Shown in pieces: positions 53,937-63,682 of a DNA stretch of 64,000 nucleotides; the stretch's first letter is position 1; every line of letters starts with the position of its first letter. The stretch is from the NCBI GenBank assembly GCA_964195905.1, contig CAXMQV010000128.1, positions 459-64,458 of the forward strand, in the 5' to 3' direction. Below the pieces are notes generated by a model. The model ran no database searches. It was not told the DNA's origin and saw only the letters and a program-made list of their open reading frames with translations. The stretch comes from an uncultured Gammaproteobacteria bacterium (GTDB taxonomy: Bacteria > Actinomycetota > Acidimicrobiia > Spongiisociales > SHLN01). Both the position numbers and the translations under genes were made by a program.

Positions 53937-56084
53937 ATGGGCGCCGGAGTAACTGAGAGGGCCATACGGGTGGGGCGGAGAACTGCCGGGCTCAAACGAG
54001 CCGAGTACAACAAACGCGTGCGGGCCTGGTCCTTTTATGACTGGGCAAACTCAGCGTTCGCAGTCGTCGTTCTGGCGGCCGTGCTCCCCACCTACTTCGT
54101 AGATGTGGCCGGAACCAGCCTCGACAGCCCGCAAACGGCTGCCGCCTATTGGGCGATCATCATCGCGATCAGTCTGGTGCTCGTTGCCGTTCTGGCCCCC
54201 ATTGTCGGGACCATGAGCGACGTCATGCGGGGCAAGAAGTACCTGCTGGCATTCTTCACGCTCGTGGGCGTCGGGGCCACCGGCAGCCTGTTCTTCGTGA
54301 ACACCGGCGATTGGCAGCTGGCGGGCGGTCTCTTCATCATCGGTCGCCTCGGTTTCGGGCTCGCCAACGTGTTCTACGACAGCCTCCTCCCCCATGTCGC
54401 GGTCGAAGAGGACCAGGACCGGGTTTCCACCCGGGGTTATGCCTTTGGATATCTCGGTGGTGGCCTCTTGCTCGTGATCGCGGTTGGTCTCATCCTCACC
54501 CTCCCCGATGAGGACAACCTCGGAGTCCGGGTGGCGTTCGTGGCGGTGGCGGCGTGGTGGCTGCTGTTCTCCATTCCCATCCTCCGGCGCCTGCCTGAGC
54601 CGCCGGCGGCCGCCGCCAAGCTCGCTCGGGACTCATCGGTCGTGCGCACCAGCTTCGGCCGGCTCCGCACAACGTTTCGGAACATCCGCACCTACCGGGA
54701 GCTCACCAAGTTCCTCTTCGCGTTCCTCCTCTACGACAACGGTATCGGCACGGTCATCGCGCTCGCCGTCGTCTACGGCGCCGAGCTCGGCTTCGGCACT
54801 CTCGAGCTGATCGGGGCGCTCGTTCTCGTACAGTTCGTCGGCATCCCGTTCACGCTCATGTTCGGTGCCGTCACCGACGAGCAGTCACGACGCCGCGGCC
54901 AGATCCTCACCCTCCTCGTCGTGAACATCATCGCCGTACCCGCCCTCGGCATCGCCGCCGCCCACACGCTCGAGCGCGATACGGTCGGACGCCCTGACCC
55001 GGCGTTTGAGGCCATCGGTCCCTTCGTCGGCGAAGGGGAACACAACTCGACCATCGCCGAATTCACGAGAACCGGTGATTGGCGGGTCATCGGCCAGGAC
55101 GACCTGCCCGCCGGGGCCCGCTCCGACTACGTGGCGGCAGGCGCCGCCGGATCGCGGATCGACATCCCCTTCAACGGGCAGCGCATCACCTTCAACCACT
55201 CCGAGGGAGCCGACCACGGGACCTGGGACGTACTCATGGACGGCGCACCCTTGCTCGAAGACGGCGAACCGATCATCATCGACGCCTACCGACCGACGGT
55301 CCGGTTCGAGGTGCCCGAGGCGTATGAGGCCGATACCGAAGGCACCCACACCCTCAGCCTCATCAGCTCCTCTGAGAGGAATCCGGCGGCGATCGGGACC
55401 GTGATTGCCATCGGCCAGATCGAGGTCCTCCCCCCGGCTCGCGCCTCGAACCTCGCAGTCATTCTCGGATTACTCGGTGTGGTACTGGCAGCATCGCTGG
55501 TGGCGGCCGCCCTCTTCGGCAAGCGACTCAACGACCTCGCCGCGCGACTCGATTCGAAGCGCACGATCCTTCTCACGCTCGCCGTCTACACAGGGATTGC
55601 GGTGTGGGGATACTTCCTCGACACAGTCATTGAATTCTGGTTCCTCGCCTGGGCGGTCGCCATCGTCCAGGGCGGGAGCCAGGCGCTCAGCCGCAGCTTG
55701 TATTCGACCATGGCGCCTGCGTCACAAAGCGGCGAGTTCTTCGGGTTCTTCACAGCGGTGGCCCGCTTCGGTGCGGTCATCGGCCCGCTCCTGTTCGCCG
55801 GAGCGGTTGCGGTGTTCGACAACAGCCGGCCGGCCGTGGCCAGCCTGGCCGTTTTGTTCATACTCGGCGCCGTGGCGCTGTCGCGGGTCAATGTGCATGA
55901 GGGGAGAATGGCGGCCGCCTTCCACGACCTGACCGCTCTCAGCTACCCACGGCACGTGGAGGGTGGGTTGACCAACTATGGCCGGCCCGAATCACTCCCA
56001 GAAGCTGCGCAGGGCTTCCGTGAACGCATCAGGTCGCTCAATCGGGCCGAGGTGCCCGGCCCCGGGGACGACGAGAAACTCTGA
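53937..56084 (+). CDS. MFS transporter, UMF1/Atg22-like paralog with the same inserted module
   Basis: ..RVRAWSFYDWANSAFAVVVLAAVLPTYF... Colinear with the upstream paralog, including the insert encoded at about 54975-55450 (DTVGRP..FVGEGE..IGQIEVL). Confidence 0.8.
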   Translation: MGAGVTERAIRVGRRTAGLKRAEYNKRVRAWSFYDWANSAFAVVVLAAVLPTYFVDVAGTSLDSPQTAAAYWAIIIAISLVLVAVLAPIVGTMSDVMRGKKYLLAFFTLVGVGATGSLFFVNTGDWQLAGGLFIIGRLGFGLANVFYDSLLPHVAVEEDQDRVSTRGYAFGYLGGGLLLVIAVGLILTLPDEDNLGVRVAFVAVAAWWLLFSIPILRRLPEPPAAAAKLARDSSVVRTSFGRLRTTFRNIRTYRELTKFLFAFLLYDNGIGTVIALAVVYGAELGFGTLELIGALVLVQFVGIPFTLMFGAVTDEQSRRRGQILTLLVVNIIAVPALGIAAAHTLERDTVGRPDPAFEAIGPFVGEGEHNSTIAEFTRTGDWRVIGQDDLPAGARSDYVAAGAAGSRIDIPFNGQRITFNHSEGADHGTWDVLMDGAPLLEDGEPIIIDAYRPTVRFEVPEAYEADTEGTHTLSLISSSERNPAAIGTVIAIGQIEVLPPARASNLAVILGLLGVVLAASLVAAALFGKRLNDLAARLDSKRTILLTLAVYTGIAVWGYFLDTVIEFWFLAWAVAIVQGGSQALSRSLYSTMAPASQSGEFFGFFTAVARFGAVIGPLLFAGAVAVFDNSRPAVASLAVLFILGAVALSRVNVHEGRMAAAFHDLTALSYPRHVEGGLTNYGRPESLPEAAQGFRERIRSLNRAEVPGPGDDEKL

Positions 56085-56792
56085 CCCCGGGATCGCCGAG
56101 GACATCTCATGCGAATCGAGCGGGGGGATGAGAGCGTCCTCCTCTCCCGAAATCACCAGTGTTGGCACGCTGATGGTTGCCAGCAGCCCGGTACGGTCCG
56201 GCCGGGCCGCCATGCCCCTGAGTGAGCCGACAATCGTCTCCACCGGCGTGCCCTCGACCATCGTTCGAAGGCGGGCGGCGGCGGTCAAATCGTGGGTGGG
56301 AGCGAGCAGTGCCCCGATGAGCTTTCCGGCCAGGGCGGCCCGACCATCGGTCACTACAGCCTGGGCCTGAGCCTCCCGTCCGGCTCGGCCCTCCTCGGAG
56401 TCGGCGCCCGCCTTGGTGTCGGCGAGAACCAGGGACCGGATCGCGGCGGGATAGAGCTTCCAAAGGGCGAGGGCAACGTATCCGCCCATCGACAGTCCGA
56501 CGATGTCGGCCTGGTCGTAGCCGAGCGCCTTGATCAAGCCGGCCACATCTTCGGCCAGTCCGTCCATAGTGAGCGGCGTCCCGGTCACACGCTCGGACAT
56601 GCCATAGCCGGGTAGATCGATCGCCACGACCCGGCGTGACCCCGACAGTCCGGCCAGCTGATCAAGCCATAGGGTGTGATCAAGCGGGTACCCGTGGATC
56701 AGCACCGCCAGCGGACCGCTCCCCGTTTCGGCATAGTGGATTTCTCTTCCGTTCACATCGATAGTTGGCATGCGAGGCAGGTTAGGGGGCAA
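55992..56792 (-). CDS. Alpha/beta hydrolase
   Basis: ..LAVLIHGYPLD.., nucleophile elbow ..IVGLSMGGYVAL.., ..VPGAGHL... Confidence 0.85.
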   Translation of the reverse strand: MPPNLPRMPTIDVNGREIHYAETGSGPLAVLIHGYPLDHTLWLDQLAGLSGSRRVVAIDLPGYGMSERVTGTPLTMDGLAEDVAGLIKALGYDQADIVGLSMGGYVALALWKLYPAAIRSLVLADTKAGADSEEGRAGREAQAQAVVTDGRAALAGKLIGALLAPTHDLTAAARLRTMVEGTPVETIVGSLRGMAARPDRTGLLATISVPTLVISGEEDALIPPLDSHEMSSAIPGSEFLVVPGAGHLGPIERPDAFTEALRSFWE

Positions 56793-56860
56793 ACCGGGGA
56801 ATGCTCAGTCACGCGGATCTCGTCATGACGTCGACCCCAGTAAGCCGTGCCGAGGAGCGT

Positions 56861-57898
56861 TCACGGCAGGAGGCCCTGCGCCAGGTCGGGACGGTCGGTG
56901 ATGAGGCCATCTACCCCAAGGTCGATCAATGTCTGCATGCCGGAGAGGTCGTTCACCGTCCATGGCACCACCAGCATGCCCTCCTCGTGGGCGGCGGCGA
57001 CTCGGATCGCAGTCACGGCGCGATAGTCGGGAGACCAGACCGTTGCTCCCCACCCGGCGATTTCGACGGGGAAGTCCTCACTGCTCCGGGTGAGGGCAGC
57101 CAACCCAACCGTCTGGTGCAGCGTACGGATCGCCTGCAATGAACGGTGGTCGAAACTCTGAATCGTCACACGGTCGGTGAGCCCGTATTCGTCGAGCACG
57201 GCGAGGATTGCCAGCTCAAATGGGCCAGAGTTCTCGCCATCGAAACCGTCGTTGATAGTTGCGGGATCGCCGGGCACCCGCTTGGTCTCGATGTTGAATC
57301 GCACGCCACCGGCGTTCTGGCGCTGGGCTTCGGTCTTGCCGGCTGTTGTGACGTATCGGTCGACGAACTCGAACACCTCGGCGAGGGTGGCGATCCCGTA
57401 CTGGTTGCCGGCCACGGGCGTGGGAGCAGCGCTTTGCTCGGGGAATCGGCCCGGATCCGGGTTCCGATCGCAGCGATAGGCGCCCAGCTGACGGAGGGTG
57501 AGGCGAGCGATCGCAAGGTTCCCGACATCAGCCGTGTCGGGATCGGGCGCCGAAATCGACGAAGTCGGGTCGATGCCGCACTTGGCGGAATCGATGACCG
57601 GGTCGTGCCACACCACCACTGCACCGTCGGCCGTGAAGTGCAAGTCCATTTCGAGTGTTGTGACACCGAGATCGAGGGCGGTCTCGAAAGCCGGCAGCGT
57701 GTTCTCCGGCTTGAGCCCGCGTGCCCCCCGGTGGCCCTGGAGGTCGAAAGCACCGGCGGAAACAGTCGGGTTGGTCGCCACCACCCCGGTCGTCGCTGGA
57801 GGCTCCGCGGTTGTAGCTGTTGCCGAGTCGCTGCAAGCCCCGGCTATCAGCGCCACGAGCAAGATGCGCCTGCAGATGCGCCGGCTAACCGGTGACAC
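56861..57898 (-). CDS. Glycerophosphodiester phosphodiesterase (lipoprotein)
   Basis: ..FDLQGHRGARGLKPENTLPAFETALDLGVTTLEMDLHFTADG.VVVWHD.. is the GDPD signature. GTG start at 57898 gives signal/lipobox RRICRRILLVALIAGAC. The ORF extends to 58051. Confidence 0.8.
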   Translation of the reverse strand: MSPVSRRICRRILLVALIAGACSDSATATTAEPPATTGVVATNPTVSAGAFDLQGHRGARGLKPENTLPAFETALDLGVTTLEMDLHFTADGAVVVWHDPVIDSAKCGIDPTSSISAPDPDTADVGNLAIARLTLRQLGAYRCDRNPDPGRFPEQSAAPTPVAGNQYGIATLAEVFEFVDRYVTTAGKTEAQRQNAGGVRFNIETKRVPGDPATINDGFDGENSGPFELAILAVLDEYGLTDRVTIQSFDHRSLQAIRTLHQTVGLAALTRSSEDFPVEIAGWGATVWSPDYRAVTAIRVAAAHEEGMLVVPWTVNDLSGMQTLIDLGVDGLITDRPDLAQGLLP

Positions 57899-58136
57899 GA
57901 GACCAGTGGCCGACCGGTAGATGGGGTGTTTCGCCTTCGGAGCGGAAGTTGAGACCGGCCAGCGGGTGATTGACCGGTCGAGCCGCCTCACCGATCGCTT
58001 CTTATGCCGTTGCTGCACCATCGAGGACCTACTGTACGCGTCGATCAGCACTCACCGAGTTGCAGGGCCCGCTCGCCGGCCGACCGCCTACCCGAGCCCG
58101 GTGCCATGGCCGGCGCCTCGTTGAGAAAACTAGAGT

Positions 58137-59405
58137 TTGTCCGATACCACCACTATGCGTAGTCTCTCCGGCATGCTTCGCCTTGCCACGGCCGTTGCCG
58201 TGCTCGCCGCGGTGCTTGTCGCCCCCTCATCTCCGGCCCTGGCCGCCGAGTTTCCTGCCCCTGCGGTCGATGGCATCTACCCGATGGTGTTCCCGGTCGG
58301 CGGCGCAACCCATTTCACCAACACCTTTGGAGCCTGGCGTTCGGTCGACCGCACCCACGAAGGCACCGACATGATGGCCGACAAGATGGTCCCGGTGGTG
58401 GCGGCGGCTTCGGGGACGATCGGGTGGGTCTCGAACACCTGCTGCGCGCTTGAAATCGAGCATGACGACGGCTGGTCGAGCATGTATATCCACCTCAATA
58501 ACGACACCCCCGGTACCGACGACGGCCTTGGCTGGGGCATCATGCCCGGGTTGGTACGTGGTGTCCACGTCGAGGCCGGCCAGCTCATCGGGTGGGTAGG
58601 CGATTCGGGCAACGCAGAATCGACCGGATCGCATCTCCACTTCGAGCTCCATACGCCGGATGGTGCGGCCATCAGCTCGTACGAACACCTCCTCGAAGCC
58701 CGGGGGGCGGCCGAAGGCCGCGACGTGGCTGCCTACGTCGACGCCGGCTCGCGCTTCTACCGTCCAACGGTGCTCGGCGGGGCTCCGGAATGGTTCTACT
58801 TCGGCCTCCCGGATGATGTCCCCCTCATGGGCGACTGGGACTGCAACGGGACGAGGACCCCGGCCATGTACCGGGCGTCGAACGGCTTCGTCTATCTAAC
58901 CAATGCCAACGAATTCGGCGTCGCCGAGTCGGAGTTCTTCTACGGCATCCCCGGTGACATCCCGATCGCCGGCGACTGGAACGGCGACGGCTGCGACACT
59001 TTTGCCATCTACCGCCCAAGCGAAGGCAAGTTCTACGCCCGCAACTCGCTCGAGACCGGCATCGCCGACTTCAGCTTCACATTTGGCGTACCGGGCGACC
59101 AGCCCTTCGCCGGCGACTTCGACGGTGACGGAATCGACACCGTCGGCATGTACCGACTCCGCAACGGCCTTGTCTACTACCGCAACCAAAACGAAACCGG
59201 GACCGCCGACAAGCAGTTCTTCTTCGGAGCCCCCGGCGACAATATCGTGGCCGGCGACTGGGACGGCGATGGCGATGACACGGTGGCCATCTATCGGCCA
59301 TCCACTGGCTACCTCGTCGTGAACATGGAGAACAACACCGGGCCCACCGAGTACTCGTTGTGGGTGGGCAACTACGAGACAGTGGTGGCCTCGACGGGGA
59401 GCTGA
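58137..59405 (+). CDS. Secreted M23 peptidase with four C-terminal GDWDGDG-type repeats
   Basis: Signal-like N-terminus. M23 motifs ..HEGTDMMA.. and ..GSHLHFELH... C-terminal repeats LMGDWDCNGTRTPAMYR, IAGDWNGDGCDTFAIYR, FAGDFDGDGIDTVGMYR, VAGDWDGDGDDTVAIYR. Confidence 0.85.
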   Translation: MSDTTTMRSLSGMLRLATAVAVLAAVLVAPSSPALAAEFPAPAVDGIYPMVFPVGGATHFTNTFGAWRSVDRTHEGTDMMADKMVPVVAAASGTIGWVSNTCCALEIEHDDGWSSMYIHLNNDTPGTDDGLGWGIMPGLVRGVHVEAGQLIGWVGDSGNAESTGSHLHFELHTPDGAAISSYEHLLEARGAAEGRDVAAYVDAGSRFYRPTVLGGAPEWFYFGLPDDVPLMGDWDCNGTRTPAMYRASNGFVYLTNANEFGVAESEFFYGIPGDIPIAGDWNGDGCDTFAIYRPSEGKFYARNSLETGIADFSFTFGVPGDQPFAGDFDGDGIDTVGMYRLRNGLVYYRNQNETGTADKQFFFGAPGDNIVAGDWDGDGDDTVAIYRPSTGYLVVNMENNTGPTEYSLWVGNYETVVASTGS

Positions 59406-59410
59406 ATCCG

Positions 59411-59480
59411 GTCACCGGTCACCGGTCACCAGTCACCAGTCACCAGTCACCTGTCATCGGCATCCGGCATCAGGCATCCG
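59411..59480. repeat. Heptamer array, 10 units grading GTCACCG to GTCACCA to GTCACCT to GTCATCG to GCATCCG
   Basis: Read directly. Begins 6 nt after the M23 gene stop. Confidence 0.95.
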
Positions 59481-59647
59481 CGTTCCCGCCGAGAAATGAG
59501 AACGCAATCGACGGAAGCCGGAAAGCGAGCCCAGCGAGCGCCGGACAGCCACCCAATGGCGGTGGGCGGTGGGAAACCGACTATTGGCCCTTGAAAACCC
59601 TGCTGGGCAAATGCACGCTCTTGCCCTGAGACGAAGGAGGCCTGACT

Positions 59648-60136
59648 ATGCGCGTTCTCGTGGCGTATGGATCGAAGATGGGGGGAACGAAAGGTCTTGC
59701 CGAGATGGTGGGGACCGAGCTGGAGGCCAACGGATTTCGCGTCGATGTGATACCGGCTCGTTCCATCGGCGACCTGGCGGGATACGACGCGGTGATCGTG
59801 GGCGGAGCGCTCTATAGCTTGCGGTGGCACAAGGATGCACGCTGGTTCATGCGCAAGCATCGCTCGGCACTGCAAACGAGGCCCGTATGGCTATTCAGCA
59901 GCGGCCCGCTCGACGACTCGGCCATCAAGAAGGAGATCCCGCCGGTCCGTTTCGTCGCCAACGCCATGCGCCTAAGCCACGGCCACGGGCACATGACGTT
60001 CGGCGGTTGGATGCCGGCAGAGGCCAGGGGATTCCCCGCCGCCTCCATGGCGAGGAAGAATGCCGGCGACTGGCGCGATCCCGATCAGGTGCGTATGTGG
60101 GCCAAGCAGATAGCCGAGGACCTCCACGCCGGCTAG
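59648..60136 (+). CDS. Flavodoxin-like domain protein (HemG/flavodoxin_5-like)
   Basis: MRVLVAYGSKMGGTKGLAEMVG..YDAVIVGGALY...WHKDARWFMRKH.. GGAGG lies upstream of the ATG. Confidence 0.8.
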   Translation: MRVLVAYGSKMGGTKGLAEMVGTELEANGFRVDVIPARSIGDLAGYDAVIVGGALYSLRWHKDARWFMRKHRSALQTRPVWLFSSGPLDDSAIKKEIPPVRFVANAMRLSHGHGHMTFGGWMPAEARGFPAASMARKNAGDWRDPDQVRMWAKQIAEDLHAG

Positions 60137-60145
60137 GCCGTCCCC

Positions 60146-61915
60146 TCAGTCGGGCTCGAGTCCCGCTCCGCGCGACCACACCTCGACCAGGCGGGCATAG
60201 GGCCCTCCGGCTGCCACCAGGTCGGCATGACGGCCTTTGGCGATGATCCGTCCGCCATCCATCATGACGATCCGATCGGCCCGCTCGGCCGAGTTGAGGC
60301 GATGGGCAATCACGATGGCGGTGCGTGAATTCAGCACAACGTTGAGAGCGCGTTCCACCTTGGCTTCGGTCTCGGGGTCGAGGTTGGATGTCGCCTCGTC
60401 AAGGACGATGACGGCCGGGTCGGCCAGAAAAGCCCGCGCCAAAGCGACCAGCTGGCGCTCCCCGGCCGAGAAGCGGCTGCCCCGCTCGCGCACCTCGGTG
60501 TCGAGCCCGTCGGGGAGGGAGTCGACCCAATCATCAATTCCCATCTCGATGCACACTGCCCGAATCTGGCGGTCGTCGGCCTCGGGCCTGGCGTACCGGA
60601 GGTTGTCGCGCAGCGTGCCGTTGAAGAGGAAGCCCTCCTGGGGGATGAGGCTGATGGTGCGAGAGCGACTGGCGAACGTCAGATCTCGCAGGTCGTGGCC
60701 GTCCACCGACACCGAGCCACTCGTCGGGTCGTAGAACCGAAGCAGCAGCTTGGCGATCGTCGTCTTGCCTGCGCCGGTCTCCCCCACCACCGCCACCCGT
60801 TCTCCCGGTGCTACCGACATGTCGATGTCACTCAGGACGGGCGCCCCCGGCACGTACTCAAAGCCGACCGCATCGACCTCGATGCCGCCGCTCGCGCCTG
60901 GAGCGACATCGATTGCTGCCGGTCCTTCGACGATGGATGGGGTTGTATCGAAAAGGCGGAACACCTTCCCGAGGGCGGCCACCGCCGACTGGACCTGGTT
61001 GTAGATGTGAGACAGCTGGATAATCGGCTGGAAGAACCAGTCGAGATAGAACAGAAAGGCCACCAGCGACCCGAATGACAGATCGCCCTCCAGCACCCGC
61101 CGCCCGCCGAAGAACAGAACGGCGCCGATGGCAACCGTGCGCAGGAATGCCACCCCCGGGAAGTACCAGGCGATCGCCTTGGCGGCCCGCATGTTGGCCT
61201 CGTAGTAGTCCTCGTTTATCCGCCCGAACGCCCCGGCTTGCTCCCCTTCCTGAGTGAAGGCTTGCACGACCCGCACGCCGGTGATGCCCTCCTGGAGGCT
61301 GCCGAGCACTCGCCCGATGGCCTCGCGCACGTCGCGATAGGCGCGGCTGGCAAAACGCTGGAACACGAAGCTGGTGGCGAGTACCACCAGGATGATCCCG
61401 AACACGATGACGGCCAGCCGCCAATCGACCGCCACCATGACGACCGCCACTCCGACCACCGTGAGCAAGCTGGTCAGGAACGTAACCGCCCCCTCCTCGA
61501 CGAACTCGGTGAGGGACTCGATGTCATTGGTCATGCGGCTCACAAGCACCCCGGCCTTTGAGCGAGAGAAGAACCCCATGTCCAACGAGACAAGATGCCG
61601 GAATAATGTGGTGCGGAGAAGGAGGAGGTATCTCTCACCCAGCCAGGCGACCGAGAACTGGGCGAGGCGCTGGGCGAAGTACTGAATGGCGAGCAGGACG
61701 AGAAAGACGAGGGCCGCAGTGGTGATGGCCCCTTTGTCGTTGGCGCCGATGCCGTCGTCGATGCCACTGCGCACTGCCAGAGGCCCGAGCAAGCGGGCCA
61801 TCGTGGCCAGCAGGGCGGCAGCCAGGGCGCCGATCGCCGGCCATTTGAGCTCGGCGCCCAGAAGTGCCGATCGTCGCAGCAGCGAGCGCTGCGTCTCAAT
61901 GACAGGGGTCATCAC
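60146..61915 (-). CDS. ABC transporter permease/ATP-binding fusion protein (exporter half-transporter)
   Basis: Six N-terminal TM spans. Walker A GETGAGKTT, signature FSAGERQLVALARA, Walker B VIVLDEATS. Confidence 0.9.
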   Translation of the reverse strand: MMTPVIETQRSLLRRSALLGAELKWPAIGALAAALLATMARLLGPLAVRSGIDDGIGANDKGAITTAALVFLVLLAIQYFAQRLAQFSVAWLGERYLLLLRTTLFRHLVSLDMGFFSRSKAGVLVSRMTNDIESLTEFVEEGAVTFLTSLLTVVGVAVVMVAVDWRLAVIVFGIILVVLATSFVFQRFASRAYRDVREAIGRVLGSLQEGITGVRVVQAFTQEGEQAGAFGRINEDYYEANMRAAKAIAWYFPGVAFLRTVAIGAVLFFGGRRVLEGDLSFGSLVAFLFYLDWFFQPIIQLSHIYNQVQSAVAALGKVFRLFDTTPSIVEGPAAIDVAPGASGGIEVDAVGFEYVPGAPVLSDIDMSVAPGERVAVVGETGAGKTTIAKLLLRFYDPTSGSVSVDGHDLRDLTFASRSRTISLIPQEGFLFNGTLRDNLRYARPEADDRQIRAVCIEMGIDDWVDSLPDGLDTEVRERGSRFSAGERQLVALARAFLADPAVIVLDEATSNLDPETEAKVERALNVVLNSRTAIVIAHRLNSAERADRIVMMDGGRIIAKGRHADLVAAGGPYARLVEVWSRGAGLEPD

Positions 61916-63663
61916 GACAGCACCTCTTCCTGGGCTAGGACTTCGCCGTACCGGGGAACGGTCCGCAACAACTCGTCATGGGTCCCGACGGCGACGATGG
62001 CCCCCTCGTCGAGAAACACGACCCGGTCGACCAGGCTGAGCGTCGAGGTCCGGTGCGCGATGATGATGGTGGTCCGCCCTTCCATAACGTGTTCGAGCGC
62101 CGCCAGCATCTCGGATTCCACAATGGCATCCACCGAGGAGGTGGCATCGTCGAGGATGAGCACCCTGGGATCGCGCAGAACCGCCCGGGCCAACGCCACC
62201 CGCTGGCGCTGACCGCCCGACAGCGAGTGGCCGCGCTCACCAACAACAGTGTCGTATCCGTCGGGGAGATCGCAGATGAATCGGTGCGCCTGGGCGAGCC
62301 GAGCTGCCAGTCGCACCTGCTCGTCGGTGGCGGCCGAATTGCCGAACGCGATGTTGTCGCGCACCGGCGCCGAGAACAAGAAGGTTTCCTGGAACACCAG
62401 TGCTACCTCGCTACGAAGCTCGTCAAGTGGCACATCCCGCACGTCGACTCCATCGAGAGAGACCACGCCGGACGTTGGATCGTAGAACCGGGGTATGAGG
62501 TGAGCCAGGGTCGTCTTCCCCGAGCCGGTCGACCCGACCAGAGCGGCCGAGGTGCCGCCCGGTATAACGAGATCAACCGACTCGAGCACCGGCGGGCCCC
62601 CCGGGTAGGAAAAACCCGTGCCCGAAAAGCGGACTTCGCCGGAGCCATGCGACAGGGGCTGCGGTTTGCGACTGCTCGTAATCTCGGGCGCCTCGGCCAG
62701 CAGGACCTGGATGCGAGTAGCTGCTGCGCCCGCCCGGGGAAGCTGGGCGAAGAACCACCCGGTAATGCGAAGCGGGAACACGAGCACGGCCAGATACTGC
62801 GTGAATGCCACGAACTCACCGATGGTGAGGTCACCGTCGACGACCCGGAAACCGCCCAGCCAGAGGACAGACACCAGGGCCAGAGACGGAATGAGCTCAA
62901 AGAGTGGCGCGAACTTCGACCGAAGGCGCACGAGCGTCATGCTCTCGTCATAGATCTCGGTCGCCGTCGCTTCAAGTCGGGCCGACTCCTGGTGTTCCTG
63001 ACCGTAGGCCTTGACCACCTGGATGCCACCCACCGCCTCCTCAACCACTTCGCTCAAATCCGCAAGCCGCTCCTGCACCCGGAATGACACCTGAATGACT
63101 TTCCCGGCAAACCGATTCGCCGATCCGAACAGGGCCGGCACCGCCAGGGACGCCACTGCACCAAGCACCGGGTCGATCGCAATGAGGACGGTCACGACGA
63201 TGCCGAGCATCGCCACATTCGCGATGGTGATGGGAAGCATGGCGAACACGAGCCGGACCTGGGAAAGGTCGCTCGAGGCGCGGGCCATGAGCTGGCCGGT
63301 ACTGGTCCGATCGTGGAAGTTGAACGCCAATCGCTGAAGATGCTCGAACATCCGGTTGCGAAGGTCGGTCTCGGCTCGATAGGACAGCTTGAATCCGAAG
63401 TAGCGTCGCACCCCGATGCCGATCCCCTGCAGGAGGCCGGCGAAGATGAGCCAGCCAACGAGCGGGGCGATCCGATCCCGATCCCCAGCCGAGATGGCGT
63501 CATCGATGATGGAGCCGACGAGATACGGGATCGCCACCAGCGCCGCCATCCACAGCAGGGCACCGGCAATGGCGAACGCCGAGACTCGCCGGTAGCCAAG
63601 GAGGGTCCGCCCGATGAGCCCCAGCCCGGAGCGAACTTCTGGGCTGCGGAGACCGGTGGACAT
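61912..63663 (-). CDS. ABC transporter permease/ATP-binding fusion protein (partner half-transporter)
   Basis: Walker A GSTGSGKTT, signature LSGGQRQRVALARA, Walker B VLILDDATS. 4-nt overlap with the downstream paralog implies a heterodimeric exporter. Confidence 0.9.
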   Translation of the reverse strand: MSTGLRSPEVRSGLGLIGRTLLGYRRVSAFAIAGALLWMAALVAIPYLVGSIIDDAISAGDRDRIAPLVGWLIFAGLLQGIGIGVRRYFGFKLSYRAETDLRNRMFEHLQRLAFNFHDRTSTGQLMARASSDLSQVRLVFAMLPITIANVAMLGIVVTVLIAIDPVLGAVASLAVPALFGSANRFAGKVIQVSFRVQERLADLSEVVEEAVGGIQVVKAYGQEHQESARLEATATEIYDESMTLVRLRSKFAPLFELIPSLALVSVLWLGGFRVVDGDLTIGEFVAFTQYLAVLVFPLRITGWFFAQLPRAGAAATRIQVLLAEAPEITSSRKPQPLSHGSGEVRFSGTGFSYPGGPPVLESVDLVIPGGTSAALVGSTGSGKTTLAHLIPRFYDPTSGVVSLDGVDVRDVPLDELRSEVALVFQETFLFSAPVRDNIAFGNSAATDEQVRLAARLAQAHRFICDLPDGYDTVVGERGHSLSGGQRQRVALARAVLRDPRVLILDDATSSVDAIVESEMLAALEHVMEGRTTIIIAHRTSTLSLVDRVVFLDEGAIVAVGTHDELLRTVPRYGEVLAQEEVLS

Positions 63664-63682
63664 CCACCCAGACTAAAGAGTC

